Shown here: positions 36,900 through 46,469 of the stretch, in pieces
Layout of the letters: each line of letters starts with the position of its first letter
Position numbering within the stretch: position 1 is the stretch's first letter
NCBI GenBank assembly: GCA_046314385.1
Contig: JBKBWZ010000001.1
Location: forward strand, 863,991-927,990
Length of the DNA: 64,000 nt
From: Alphaproteobacteria bacterium
GTDB lineage: Bacteria; Pseudomonadota; Alphaproteobacteria; Micavibrionales; UBA2020
Direction: 5' to 3'
Made by a program: the position numbers and the translations under genes
The notes under the pieces: model-generated
The model's input: the letters and a program-made list of their open reading frames with translations, nothing else
Database searches by the model: none
Told to the model about the DNA's origin: nothing

Positions 36900-38225
36900 T
36901 CAGCCGCCAACCTCTCGCATGCGGTCACCATCTGTGCCCCCGTCCGCCGGCAGCGGCGTCATTTTCACAAGCGTGATCTGGTTGCGCTGTTTTTTGAGGA
37001 TATCAAAGCGGAAACCGTGAAAGGTAAAAGACTGGCCCACGCTGGGGATACGCTGGCTTTCGTACAAAAGAAGGCCTGCGATGGTTGAATAATCTTCGTC
37101 CGGCATGCCCCAGCCCATATCGCGGTTGAGATCGCGCAAAGTCACTTTGCCATCGACGATATAACTGCCATCGGGCTGGACCTTGACGCCGGACACGGCG
37201 ATATCGTGTTCGTCATCGATCTGCCCGACGATTTCTTCAAGGATGTCTTCGAGGGTGATCACGCCGATCAGCGCGCCGTATTCGTCCACCATAATGGCAA
37301 AATGCTCGCGGCGGCGGCGGAAAGCCTGCAGCTGATCGAACAACGTCGCGGATTCGGGGATAAACCACGGCTCCATCATCGCGCGGGCGAGGTCCAGCTT
37401 TGACACATCGCCATCGCACTGGCGCAATTCCTGCAAGAGCAGCTTGGTATGGATCACCCCGATGATATTGTCCGGGCTTTCGCGCCAGACCGGCAAACGC
37501 GTGAAGGAACTGTGCATCACCTCGTCAACAATACGGTCCAGCGGCTGGTCGGCATTGATCATCCGCACGTTTTTGCGGTGAACCATGATTTTTTCGACTT
37601 TGACGTCGGCAAGATCAAGGATCGAACGCAGCATCGCACGGGTTTCCTGCCCTTCGCCGTCGTCATCCTCTTCTTCGCTGCCCGCCAAAAGATCAATCGC
37701 ACCGCGCAGTTCTTCCTGCTGCGCTTCGCCGGCATCGACCTGATCCTTGGCGACGCCGCACAGCCGGAAAACCATATTAACCAGACGCGAAATTTCGCGC
37801 GTCACGGGCGAAAATATATAGACAATCGCCGCCACAAACGGCGCCACCGCCAGCGCCAGACGGTCGGGATGCAAAAGCGCATAGGTTTTGGGCATAACCT
37901 CGGCAAAAATAAGCACCAGCACTGTTACGCCCAGCGTGGCATAAGCAACCCCCGTCTCCCCGAACATTTTGATCATGACAGATGTGGCCAGCGCAGAGGC
38001 TGAAATATTGACAAGGTTATTGCCGAGCAAAAGCCCGCCGATAAGGCGATCCTTTTCCTCGCGCAGCTTGTTGACTTTCGCTGCGCGTTTGTTGCCGTCC
38101 TGCTCCATACGGTGCATGCGCGCGCGCGATGCCGCTGTCAGCGCGGTTTCAGATCCGGAAAAGAATGCCGAAACGATCAGCAGAACGAAGAAGAGAATAA
38201 TTTCGGTCAAAAAATCGCCTGTCAT
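36900..38225 (-). CDS. CNNM/CorC/TlyC-family transporter (DUF21-CBS-CorC_HlyC)
   Basis: FFSGSETAL DUF21 N-terminus, a CBS pair and a C-terminal CorC domain. 441 aa. Confidence 0.88.
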   Translation of the reverse strand: MTGDFLTEIILFFVLLIVSAFFSGSETALTAASRARMHRMEQDGNKRAAKVNKLREEKDRLIGGLLLGNNLVNISASALATSVMIKMFGETGVAYATLGVTVLVLIFAEVMPKTYALLHPDRLALAVAPFVAAIVYIFSPVTREISRLVNMVFRLCGVAKDQVDAGEAQQEELRGAIDLLAGSEEEDDDGEGQETRAMLRSILDLADVKVEKIMVHRKNVRMINADQPLDRIVDEVMHSSFTRLPVWRESPDNIIGVIHTKLLLQELRQCDGDVSKLDLARAMMEPWFIPESATLFDQLQAFRRRREHFAIMVDEYGALIGVITLEDILEEIVGQIDDEHDIAVSGVKVQPDGSYIVDGKVTLRDLNRDMGWGMPDEDYSTIAGLLLYESQRIPSVGQSFTFHGFRFDILKKQRNQITLVKMTPLPADGGTDGDRMREVGG

Positions 38226-39358
38226 GTTTCGCCTGTCATCTGTTTGAGAAAACCGAGGAGTTCCTGTTCATCGCTATCGCGGGCGATAAACGCCTGTCCG
38301 ATACCGCGCATCAGCACAAGCGTGATCTGTCCGCCCTGCGATTTCTTGTCGCCGCGCATGGCGGCCATCACCGCATCTGCCGCAACAGCAAACGGCGGCG
38401 CCGTCATCATACCTGCATCTTGCAGATGTTTTTCAATCCGTTTGACGTCCGCATCAGCACAGATCCCGCGCTGGGCCGAAAACCGCGCGGCCCAAAGGCA
38501 GCCGATCCCGACCGCCTCCCCGTGCAGCAACCGTCCATCATATCCACCGAGTTTTTCCAGCGCGTGGCCAAAAGTATGACCAAGGTTCAAAAGCGCACGA
38601 ATGTCTTTTTCTTCGCGTTCGTCTTCGGTAACGATCTTTGCCTTGGCCGCGCAGCTGATTGCAATGGCTTCGCGCTGTGCAGAGATATCGCCCGCCAGCA
38701 GCGCCGCGCCCTTCGTCTCCAGCCATGCGAAAAAAGCCGGATTGTCGATCAAGCCATATTTGACAACTTCGGCATAGCCGGCGCGGATTTCACGCGGCGG
38801 CAGGCTTTGCAGCACATCGGTATCGATCAAGACCGCGCGCGGCTGGCAAAACGCACCGACCATATTTTTTCCCTGCGGCATATTGATGCCTGTTTTGCCG
38901 CCAACCGAACTGTCGACCTGCGCCAGCAGCGTGGTCGGTACCTGCACGAAATCAATCCCGCGCATCAGCGTCGCCGCCGCAAAACCGGTAATATCCCCAA
39001 TCACACCGCCGCCCAGCGCCACCAGCGCGGCACGGCGGTCAAGCCCGCGGTCCAGCGCAGCGGACAATATATATTGTAGCTGTTCAAAATTCTTGCTGCC
39101 CTCGCCCGCCGGCAGCACAATCGGGGCGGCAACATCGAAACCCGCCGCCATCAGGCCTTGCGTCAAAGCGTCCATATAGGGAAAGCCCGCGACCGTGGCA
39201 TCCGTCACAATACATAATTTCTTGCCGCGCAGGATTGGATGCAGAATATCACCCGCCTGCGCCAAAAGACCGCTGTCTATATATATGTCGTAGTCGCGGC
39301 CGCCGCCCAGATTGACGCGCACGCTTGCTGGCGCCTTTGTTGTCGGTGATGTTGTCAT
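38222..39358 (-). CDS. aroB: 3-dehydroquinate synthase
   Basis: GGGVIGDITGFAAA, GKN and HTFGHALE motifs. 4-nt overlaps with neighbouring genes. Confidence 0.92.
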   Translation of the reverse strand: MTTSPTTKAPASVRVNLGGGRDYDIYIDSGLLAQAGDILHPILRGKKLCIVTDATVAGFPYMDALTQGLMAAGFDVAAPIVLPAGEGSKNFEQLQYILSAALDRGLDRRAALVALGGGVIGDITGFAAATLMRGIDFVQVPTTLLAQVDSSVGGKTGINMPQGKNMVGAFCQPRAVLIDTDVLQSLPPREIRAGYAEVVKYGLIDNPAFFAWLETKGAALLAGDISAQREAIAISCAAKAKIVTEDEREEKDIRALLNLGHTFGHALEKLGGYDGRLLHGEAVGIGCLWAARFSAQRGICADADVKRIEKHLQDAGMMTAPPFAVAADAVMAAMRGDKKSQGGQITLVLMRGIGQAFIARDSDEQELLGFLKQMTGET

Positions 39359-39939
39359 GGCGTCTCTCCGGTCTCGTCGCGCAAGCTGGTGCCGCGCGGC
39401 ATATCTTCAGGCGGCAATTTTCCCTGCGCAGCCAATTCGCGCCGGATGCGCCGCGCCATGGTCTGCGGTGTTTGTTTGTCAGTGACGAGCGTAATATCCG
39501 CTTCGGCATAGATCGGATAGCGCGCGTCCATCAGTTCGCGCAGCTTTTCGGCACGATCAACGCCTTGCAGCAGCGGGCGATGTCCGGTACGGCGCGTGCG
39601 GGCGACCAGCGTATCCAGATCCGCCTTGAGCCAGACCGAAACCGCATGTTTTTTGATGACGCTGCGCACCGCTGGCTGGATAAACGCGCCGCCGCCCGAT
39701 GCCAATACGATCGGCGGACCTTTTACCAGACGGTCTATCACCTTCATTTCGCCTTTTCTGAATTCCGCTTCGCCGAATTCTGCAAAGATATCAGGGATCG
39801 GCATACCAGCAGATTTTTCAATTTCACGGTCAGCATCCACGAAGGGCAAGCCCAGAAGGCGCGAGAGCTCCAGCCCGACACGGCTTTTGCCGGCCCCCAT
39901 CAACCCCACCAGTACGATAATCGGCAATGTTTTTGGCAT
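39355..39939 (-). CDS. aroK: Shikimate kinase
   Basis: Walker A GLMGAGKS, followed by DADREIE and GGGA. Confidence 0.9.
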   Translation of the reverse strand: MPKTLPIIVLVGLMGAGKSRVGLELSRLLGLPFVDADREIEKSAGMPIPDIFAEFGEAEFRKGEMKVIDRLVKGPPIVLASGGGAFIQPAVRSVIKKHAVSVWLKADLDTLVARTRRTGHRPLLQGVDRAEKLRELMDARYPIYAEADITLVTDKQTPQTMARRIRRELAAQGKLPPEDMPRGTSLRDETGETP

Positions 39940-40029
39940 TTTTTCCCGTTATTCCAGTGATTTAATCTGCCCTTTTCTGCCCCCGAAATCAAGCGACGGA
40001 AGGTTCTTATACACTTATGAAAAAATTTG

Positions 40030-40058
40030 TTGACTTATGGTATCGGGGAGCGTAAAAC
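40030..40058 (+). promoter_or_regulatory. Sigma70-like promoter candidate (TTGACT-N17-TAAAAC)
   Basis: Located in the aroK-xerD spacer, about 180 nt upstream of the small TM ORF. Confidence 0.35.
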
Positions 40059-40235
40059 ATTATCAGCTTTATGGTATATACCTTGGTCGGGTGCTTAAAC
40101 TCGTTTTGAGAATAAACGGGCCGCCGCACGAAAAAGGAAACCGGAGCCAAAAACCGCCAAATATGTTGAAAACGTGCAGACGTTTGATGCATATTCAAAC
40201 GATAACAACGCGCGGTAAAGAAGAAGAAGGCACAC

Positions 40236-40385
40236 ATGTCAAAACTACTGACCTCCCTTGTTTTTCTCGCGTTTGTTTTTGCCGCAGGCGGATTTGCGGT
40301 TCTGGCTGTCTGGGATGTTTCCGTTCCCCAGACGCCTGTAGAGAAGACGCTGGACAGTAGCGCGTTCCTGAACCGGAACACCTGA
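40236..40385 (+). CDS. Small single-TM protein (49 aa; MSKLLTSLVFLAFVFAAGGFAVLAVWD...)
   Basis: Below the ORF-track cutoff. Purine-rich RBS (GAAGAAGAAGG) and one clear hydrophobic helix. Confidence 0.4.
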   Translation: MSKLLTSLVFLAFVFAAGGFAVLAVWDVSVPQTPVEKTLDSSAFLNRNT

Positions 40386-40781
40386 CCACTCCGTTTTCAT
40401 AGAGGTTTCCAATAAACGGCCCTTTCCCGGGCGAATCATTCTGACAACGAATGGTTCCCTGACAGGCCCCAAGGTCGTGCCATCGCCCCTAAGATACTCA
40501 AAAACAGTGGTTTTCGGGTATTGACGGGCGGATAGAGAGCCGCGCGCGGGATATGACGGAAAATCGTGAAAATATCACGAGTTTAGGGACATTCTTGATT
40601 TATGACCTTAACTTCAGTGAATACTAAAAATAAATTTTCACATATTCCCTCTTGCAATTCCCCTGGGGATGCGGCTTTATGTCTTAAAGTTCACTTGTTA
40701 CGGAGGTGTATAACTCAAATAAGCCAATATCTTCAAAGGCAATGAGTTGTGCTCAGAAACTTTACAAAGGAGAAACACACT

Positions 40782-41765
40782 ATGGCTCGTCCAGGTCGTC
40801 CCAGAATGCCTAAAGCCCCGTTGCCCGGGAGCGTCGAGGGCTTTCTTGATATGCTCATCGCTGAACGCGGTGCCGCACTCAATACCCGTCACGCATACGA
40901 ACGTGATCTTGCAGATGTCTGCGCTTTTCTGAAAAAGTCCGGAAAAGACATCGACAATGCAACCACGGCTGATCTTAAAGAATATTTGAACGAACTTGGC
41001 GATCGCGAAAATGCGAAGAGCAAGGGCGGCGGCAAAACGGCTGTTCGCACCATTGCCCGTCGTATCTCGGCACTGCGCCAGTTCTTCGGCTTCCTGGTTT
41101 CGGAAGGCAAACGCTCGGAAGATCCGACGTCGACCATCGAAAGCCCGAAGCAAACCCGTACACTTCCCAAAATTTTGAGCGAAGATGAGGTCACTGTCCT
41201 TATCACGACCGCTCAGAAGCAAGGCGGCCCGGAAAGCATCCGCCTTGTTGCCCTGCTCGAGATACTCTATGCGACGGGCCTGCGCGTTTCCGAACTCGTT
41301 GGTCTGCCCCTCACCTCCATTGGTCCGGAAAGCCGTTATCTGACGGTTGAAGGCAAAGGTGGACGTGAACGCATGGCGCCCCTCTCTGAGCCGGCTCAGA
41401 AAGCGATGCGTGGTTACATGGAAGTTCGCACGAAATTCCTGATGCCCGATCGCGCCGAATCGCAAAGCAAGTGGCTGTTCCCGTCCCGTACGTCGGAATC
41501 CGGCCACCTGACCCGCCAGCGTTTCGCCCAGTTGCTGAAAGAGCTGTCACGCAATGCCGGTATCGATCCGGAACGCGTCAGCCCGCACGTTCTGCGCCAC
41601 GCCTTCGCAACCCACCTGCTCAAGCATGGTGCGGATCTGCGTTCGGTACAGAAAATGCTTGGCCATGCTGATATTGCCACGACCCAGATTTATACTCAGG
41701 TTGTCGGCGATCAGGCCAAAGAAGCTGCTGAGAAGCATCCGCTCGCACAAAAAGCGAACGGCTAA
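40782..41765 (+). CDS. xerD: Site-specific tyrosine recombinase XerD (XerC/D family)
   Basis: C-terminal catalytic region HVLRHAFATHLL...GADLRSVQKMLGHADIATTQIYT. RBS is AAAGGAGAAA. Confidence 0.85.
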   Translation: MARPGRPRMPKAPLPGSVEGFLDMLIAERGAALNTRHAYERDLADVCAFLKKSGKDIDNATTADLKEYLNELGDRENAKSKGGGKTAVRTIARRISALRQFFGFLVSEGKRSEDPTSTIESPKQTRTLPKILSEDEVTVLITTAQKQGGPESIRLVALLEILYATGLRVSELVGLPLTSIGPESRYLTVEGKGGRERMAPLSEPAQKAMRGYMEVRTKFLMPDRAESQSKWLFPSRTSESGHLTRQRFAQLLKELSRNAGIDPERVSPHVLRHAFATHLLKHGADLRSVQKMLGHADIATTQIYTQVVGDQAKEAAEKHPLAQKANG

Positions 41766-41825
41766 CCACACCATTTGCATACCGCTGCCCGTTCCGGGGC
41801 ATGTATGTGAATAAAAATTGAAGAA

Positions 41826-41857
41826 GGACGCTTTCCTCACCGGAAGCGTCCTTTTTC
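41826..41857 (+). terminator. Rho-independent terminator after xerD
   Basis: GGACGCTTTCC-tcac-CGGAAGCGTCC followed by TTTTTCT. Confidence 0.6.
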
Positions 41858-41918
41858 TATTGTTTGACCGCTCACCGGACAGATAAGATTTGTTCAATCG
41901 TAGCAAGGAAAATTAGAC

Positions 41919-42155
41919 ATGGCCGCCAACATCTATGCCGACATTATCCAAAGACGTCCCGACACATTTGGCGGCAAGCCCGTTATCCGCGATACGCGGC
42001 TAAAGGTTGAAACCATACTGCTGTCTCTTGCCGATACACTGTCGGTAGAGAAAACCTTGGGCGAATACCCGACCCTGACGCCGGAAGATATTGGCGCCTG
42101 TCTCTCTTATGCCGCGCACCAGTTCGGCGAATACGCTGTCCAAACAACGACTTAA
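41919..42155 (+). CDS. DUF433-family small protein (antitoxin-like), apparently solitary
   Basis: GGKPVIRDTRLKVETIL...YPTLTPEDIGACLSYA matches my recollection of DUF433. No partner ORF follows. Confidence 0.7.
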   Translation: MAANIYADIIQRRPDTFGGKPVIRDTRLKVETILLSLADTLSVEKTLGEYPTLTPEDIGACLSYAAHQFGEYAVQTTT

Positions 42156-42279
42156 TACCGGAAGCGATATGAAAAAAGAACGCGCTTGTTGCCTGCTTTC
42201 TTGAACCTTGGACATATTTCGCTATACTGCGGCCTTCCCTGCGGCATGGGCGGCGGGGTCATTATGAATGGGAAATACC

Positions 42280-43224
42280 ATGGTCTATCATCTGGAATTT
42301 GAAAAACCGATCGCCGAGCTGGAAGCAAAAATCTCCGAATTCGGGCAGATGCAAAACAGCGCCGACATGCAGGAAGAAATCACCCGCATGCAGGAAAAGG
42401 CCGAACGCATCCTGATCCAGACCTATTCCAAACTGGCGCCGGAACAAAAGGTGCAGGTCGCACGGCACCCGAACCGCCCACATTTTCTGGATTACGCCAA
42501 GCGCCTGATTGCCGATTTCACGCCGCTGGCGGGTGACCGTTATTTCGGCGAAGACGCCGCGCTGCTGGGCGGCCTTGGCCGTTTCCGCGGCCAGAGCGTT
42601 GTCGTCATGGGGCAGGAAAAAGGCCATGATACGCAAACCCGTATCCATCACAATTTCGGCATGACAAAACCGGAAGGCTATCGCAAGGCGCAGCGCCTGA
42701 TGGCGATGGCCAGCCAGTTCAAATTGCCGGTCATCACGCTGGTCGATACCGCCGGCGCTTTTCCGGGTATCGAAGCGGAAGAGCGCGGCCAGTCCGAAGC
42801 CATCGCCAAATCGATTGAATCCTGCCTGCGCGCCGAAGTTCCTGTCGTATCGACCATTATCGGCGAAGGCGGATCGGGCGGCGCCATCGCCATCGCCACC
42901 GCAGACCGCGTGATGATGCTGGAGCATTCGATTTATTCGGTCATTTCACCCGAAGGCTGCGCCTCCATTCTCTGGCGCTCGGCTGAATTTGCCAAAGACG
43001 CCGCACGCGCGCTGAAACTGACCGCGCAGGATCTGAAACAGCTTGGCATCATCGACACAATCATCGAAGAGCCCATGGGCGGCGCCCACCGCGAGCCGGA
43101 GCGCACCATTGACGTTGTCGGCGATTATATCGAACGCGCGCTGTCCGAGCTCAAGCCGCTCGACGCCGCCGCACTCAAACAGCGCCGCCGCGAAAAATTC
43201 CTTGATATGGGCAAAGCCGCCTGA
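42280..43224 (+). CDS. accA: Acetyl-CoA carboxylase carboxyltransferase alpha subunit
   Basis: LEFEKPIAELE N-terminus and the GAFPGIEAEERGQSEAIA motif. The alternative start is 42268. Confidence 0.93.
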   Translation: MVYHLEFEKPIAELEAKISEFGQMQNSADMQEEITRMQEKAERILIQTYSKLAPEQKVQVARHPNRPHFLDYAKRLIADFTPLAGDRYFGEDAALLGGLGRFRGQSVVVMGQEKGHDTQTRIHHNFGMTKPEGYRKAQRLMAMASQFKLPVITLVDTAGAFPGIEAEERGQSEAIAKSIESCLRAEVPVVSTIIGEGGSGGAIAIATADRVMMLEHSIYSVISPEGCASILWRSAEFAKDAARALKLTAQDLKQLGIIDTIIEEPMGGAHREPERTIDVVGDYIERALSELKPLDAAALKQRRREKFLDMGKAA

Positions 43225-43249
43225 TTTTCGGCCGCTGTTTCCGCGCCTG

Positions 43250-45535
43250 CTACGGCGCGGCCACGGCTGATTTTGCAGCCGGTTTTTCGTGCAGTTTGTC
43301 GAGCACATCACGGATGGGCGAGCCGAGGCGATAGACCGCAGGCTGCGTATGAATAGCCCAGTCCAGTACCTGCGCTGTCACCGGCGCACGCGCCATCGCC
43401 TCATCGCGGTAGCGTTCATAAGTCGCACCGGCATAAGGGTTCGGCATAAAACGCGGCACAAAAACAATCATGCCGACAAAGACCCCGACCATGATGATCT
43501 GTGCCGGTACGCGCAAGGCCGCGGGCATCATATGCCGCCGCATCAGCGCGGCCAAAATCGATCGCACCATGATATTCCACCAGCGCAACATGGTCAGGAT
43601 CACCACCAAGAGTGAAATAATCAGCGCAATGGCGGGGATCAGCACCGCGCGCGCATAGTCACGCCCTTTTTCGGCCAGAGACTCTCCGTTCGCATAGAGC
43701 TGCTTTTCGTTTTCGATGTCACCCAGCATGCGGTCCAAAATTTCGCGGTAGCGCGGCATAATCATTCTTTTGAAAAACGCATCGGGCGTCATGACAAGCT
43801 CTTCCATTTCCGGCAGCGGCGGCATGCCGGAGGCTTCAAAAAACGCCTGCATCGACAGACCGGGCGGCATATCCTTGGGCGCCTTTTCTTTCCAGCGCCG
43901 GTCAATTTCCTGCTTCATCAGGGTTTCCACCGCTTTTTGGAACGACTCCCTTTCATAGAACCAGTTGGCTGGCAGGACAAAACCAGAATGCGGCAGACGG
44001 TTTGAAATATATTCCTGCACGCGGTTGCGCAGCCTGACCTGCGTCGGATAAGCCGCGATGAATTCGGCACGCGTTTCGATATCCGGCGTATAGCCTCCAG
44101 AGCGGCGGGAAAATTCACGTTCCGCATCCGACGCGGCATCGGCAACCAGCCCCCGTTCTTTTCCGCGCAAAGCCGGTGGACAGTTCCGCGTGGCGCAAAA
44201 ATCGCGCAGACGATCCTTGTAGGGCGCCATCTGTTTCAGCATATTGACGCCACTGGCACTTAGCTGCTGTTTGTATTCGCGTACGCCTTGCTGGTACTGG
44301 CGCCAGCCACGGTCAATTTCTTTTTCAATTTCTGTTGCGGCTTTGTCGCTTTCGGCGCGCAATACCTCGTTCGACATCGCCCGCGCATAATCGTCGGATG
44401 CCTTTTTATAGGGCACAAAATAGGCTTCGATCATCTGCTGATGAACCTTGCTTCTTTCATCTGCGACTTTGGATATATATTGGTCGTACTGTTCACGCGG
44501 TGAAAACCACATGCCGCGCGCCGCCACGCTTTGCACCAGCTTGTCTTTGTTATCTTCCATGTCGCTGCGAATGCGCTCGGGGCTGAGCATCCACATGCTG
44601 CCCAGAATGATACGTGCCGATTTTACGCTGTCCTGCTCGTCTTCCGCATCACAGAGCGCGAGGTCATCGAGGTTAATGGTACAATCTTCAAGGATCGAAC
44701 GCAGCATCAGAACATAACGCGCATTAACCCGCTGCTGCCAGTCGGTACGTTCAATCAGCGCCTGTTCGATCAGCAATTTTTGCCCCAGAAATACCGCCGG
44801 CCAGACGATCAGCATCAAACTGACGACATTCACAAAGGCATTACGTCCCCGCCCGATGGCCGAACCATAACCAATCCCCAGCGCCGGCAGCAGCGCCAGC
44901 ATGATATCGCTGGCTGTCGGGTCGATCGGCACGCTGTCCGGCCCCGCGATGGTGGCTCCGAAAATCATCAGCAGCGGCATGATCGCAACCAAACCGACCA
45001 TATAGTAAAACCAACGCAGCCGTCCCGGCGTGACATGAAACCCCGAAGATGCGAAAAAACCCAGCACCAGCAAAAAACATCCGCTGGCCGAAACAGCGCG
45101 GCCAAAAACCTGAAGGTCTTCCATTTTAACGGGATCAGACCGCACACTGCCCGCAACATCCAGCAGCGACATATTGAATTCGATTTCGGCCACCAAATAG
45201 CAAAGGCTTAAAAAAAGCAGCACAGCCGGTGTCCACAGCCGCCAGCGGCCCGAAGATGCCGGTTTTGATGCTGCAGGCTTACGCTTTGCCGTTTTGCGCG
45301 GCGGCGGTGCGGATGGCGCGGGCGCAGCATCCTGATCTTCGTCCATCAGATGCGCCTGCGCCGAAGGAGTCTCTTCGGGCAGTATCTTCTGGACGGCGTC
45401 TTCGGCGGGCTTCGGAGTATCGGCCGCAACTGGCGGCGTATCCGCGGATACCAAAGGCCTGTCGTCACCGGGTGGCGCGGCCTTCTCCTTGATATCCGCG
45501 CCCTCGGGCGGCTTGTCTGGCTTTGTTTCGTCCAT
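43250..45535 (-). CDS. Large polytopic membrane protein of unknown function (761 aa)
   Basis: Pro-rich N-terminal ~95 aa, then ~6 TM segments, a ~330-aa charged helical soluble insert and 2-3 C-terminal TM segments. No motif recognised. Confidence 0.7.
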   Translation of the reverse strand: MDETKPDKPPEGADIKEKAAPPGDDRPLVSADTPPVAADTPKPAEDAVQKILPEETPSAQAHLMDEDQDAAPAPSAPPPRKTAKRKPAASKPASSGRWRLWTPAVLLFLSLCYLVAEIEFNMSLLDVAGSVRSDPVKMEDLQVFGRAVSASGCFLLVLGFFASSGFHVTPGRLRWFYYMVGLVAIMPLLMIFGATIAGPDSVPIDPTASDIMLALLPALGIGYGSAIGRGRNAFVNVVSLMLIVWPAVFLGQKLLIEQALIERTDWQQRVNARYVLMLRSILEDCTINLDDLALCDAEDEQDSVKSARIILGSMWMLSPERIRSDMEDNKDKLVQSVAARGMWFSPREQYDQYISKVADERSKVHQQMIEAYFVPYKKASDDYARAMSNEVLRAESDKAATEIEKEIDRGWRQYQQGVREYKQQLSASGVNMLKQMAPYKDRLRDFCATRNCPPALRGKERGLVADAASDAEREFSRRSGGYTPDIETRAEFIAAYPTQVRLRNRVQEYISNRLPHSGFVLPANWFYERESFQKAVETLMKQEIDRRWKEKAPKDMPPGLSMQAFFEASGMPPLPEMEELVMTPDAFFKRMIMPRYREILDRMLGDIENEKQLYANGESLAEKGRDYARAVLIPAIALIISLLVVILTMLRWWNIMVRSILAALMRRHMMPAALRVPAQIIMVGVFVGMIVFVPRFMPNPYAGATYERYRDEAMARAPVTAQVLDWAIHTQPAVYRLGSPIRDVLDKLHEKPAAKSAVAAP

Positions 45536-45611
45536 TTTTCCAGTTTAGCACGGGAAGAAACAGCTCTGCCAATCCGTTTTTCAGCCTAACACCTTGTTCC
45601 GCCGTATTATT

Positions 45612-45998
45612 TCAGGCTGTTATTTTATGGGGAATCGGATTTTCCGGCGGGCGCAGGGCCGCTTTCAATTGGCGCTGCACAGAGGTGACCTGCTGGCTGG
45701 TGCGCGCTGCCGTGCGGTAATATTCCATGAGAAACACCCTGAGCGCCGCGGTGAAAGACGCGCCCGCTTCCTTGAGATCATGCACCGCACCGCAAAGGTC
45801 GTGGATGCTGCATCCTTCGATCTCGGCCACTTCGCGCAGCGCCTGCCACATTTCAGGCTCCAGCCTGACGCTGGTGCGGCGGTCGTGAATGCGCACATTT
45901 TTACTGATCAACGCGCCTTGCAACGGCGTTTTCTTGTTGCCTGCGTTTTGGTGCGGGTTGTTGTTTGTTGTATGCGTATGCTGGAATGCCTCGGCCAT
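45612..45998 (-). CDS. Ribbon-helix-helix (RHH_4-like) domain protein
   Basis: RTSVRLEPEMWQALREVAEIEGCSIHDLC...ALRVFLMEYY matches the alphaproteobacterial RHH_4 pattern as I recall it. RBS is AAGGGGGA at the ATG of MAEAFQ. Confidence 0.7.
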   Translation of the reverse strand: MAEAFQHTHTTNNNPHQNAGNKKTPLQGALISKNVRIHDRRTSVRLEPEMWQALREVAEIEGCSIHDLCGAVHDLKEAGASFTAALRVFLMEYYRTAARTSQQVTSVQRQLKAALRPPENPIPHKITA

Positions 45999-46469
45999 GT
46001 CTGTCCCCCTTGGAATGCGTGCCTTGAAAATCAATTTCCGTACAAATACTGCACCCTCTCGCCTGCCGCGCGTCGGTTCTGATCCGCCTTTCTATCGGCT
46101 CTGCTGGCCGGCGGTTGGTTATACTCTAGGATGCAGCCTGCCCAATTACAACTATAAATTGAATTGATTAAAATTTTACAACAATTAGATGTATTACATC
46201 GCATTCTGCCCGCCTGGCCCTGCAACTGTATGGCAGCATCTGGAAAATATTCAATCCTTGCGGATATTTGGCAAGGAGGCTCTGGCCTGCGGGGATATGC
46301 AGACTATTTTTACATGTCGTAAAGCCCAGCCACCTCAAGATACCGATTCCCGCCCTGCTGCGGGAATCGGGCGCGGATATAAAAATTTCCTTTTTATTTT
46401 CAAGGCCTCGGGGGGATTTTTGCGCGCGCCTGCCTTGTATTCACGCCGGAGGACGTTCATAATTTTAAG

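Noticed and set aside
40560-40670. Possible dif (XerC/D) site near xerD, and another candidate at 27731-27765
   Set aside because: Only partial resemblance to one arm (e.g. ATATGTGAAAAT). There is no 11-6-11 arrangement with a CGCATAA-type second arm.
46180-46300. Possible cobalamin riboswitch upstream of the J-protein/cobS/cobT genes (CCCTGCAACTGTA resembles part of the conserved core)
   Set aside because: The other conserved elements (the AGGGAA...GGTG..AA.TCC region and a B12 box) are not visible in the right order. A cmscan with RF00174 would settle it.
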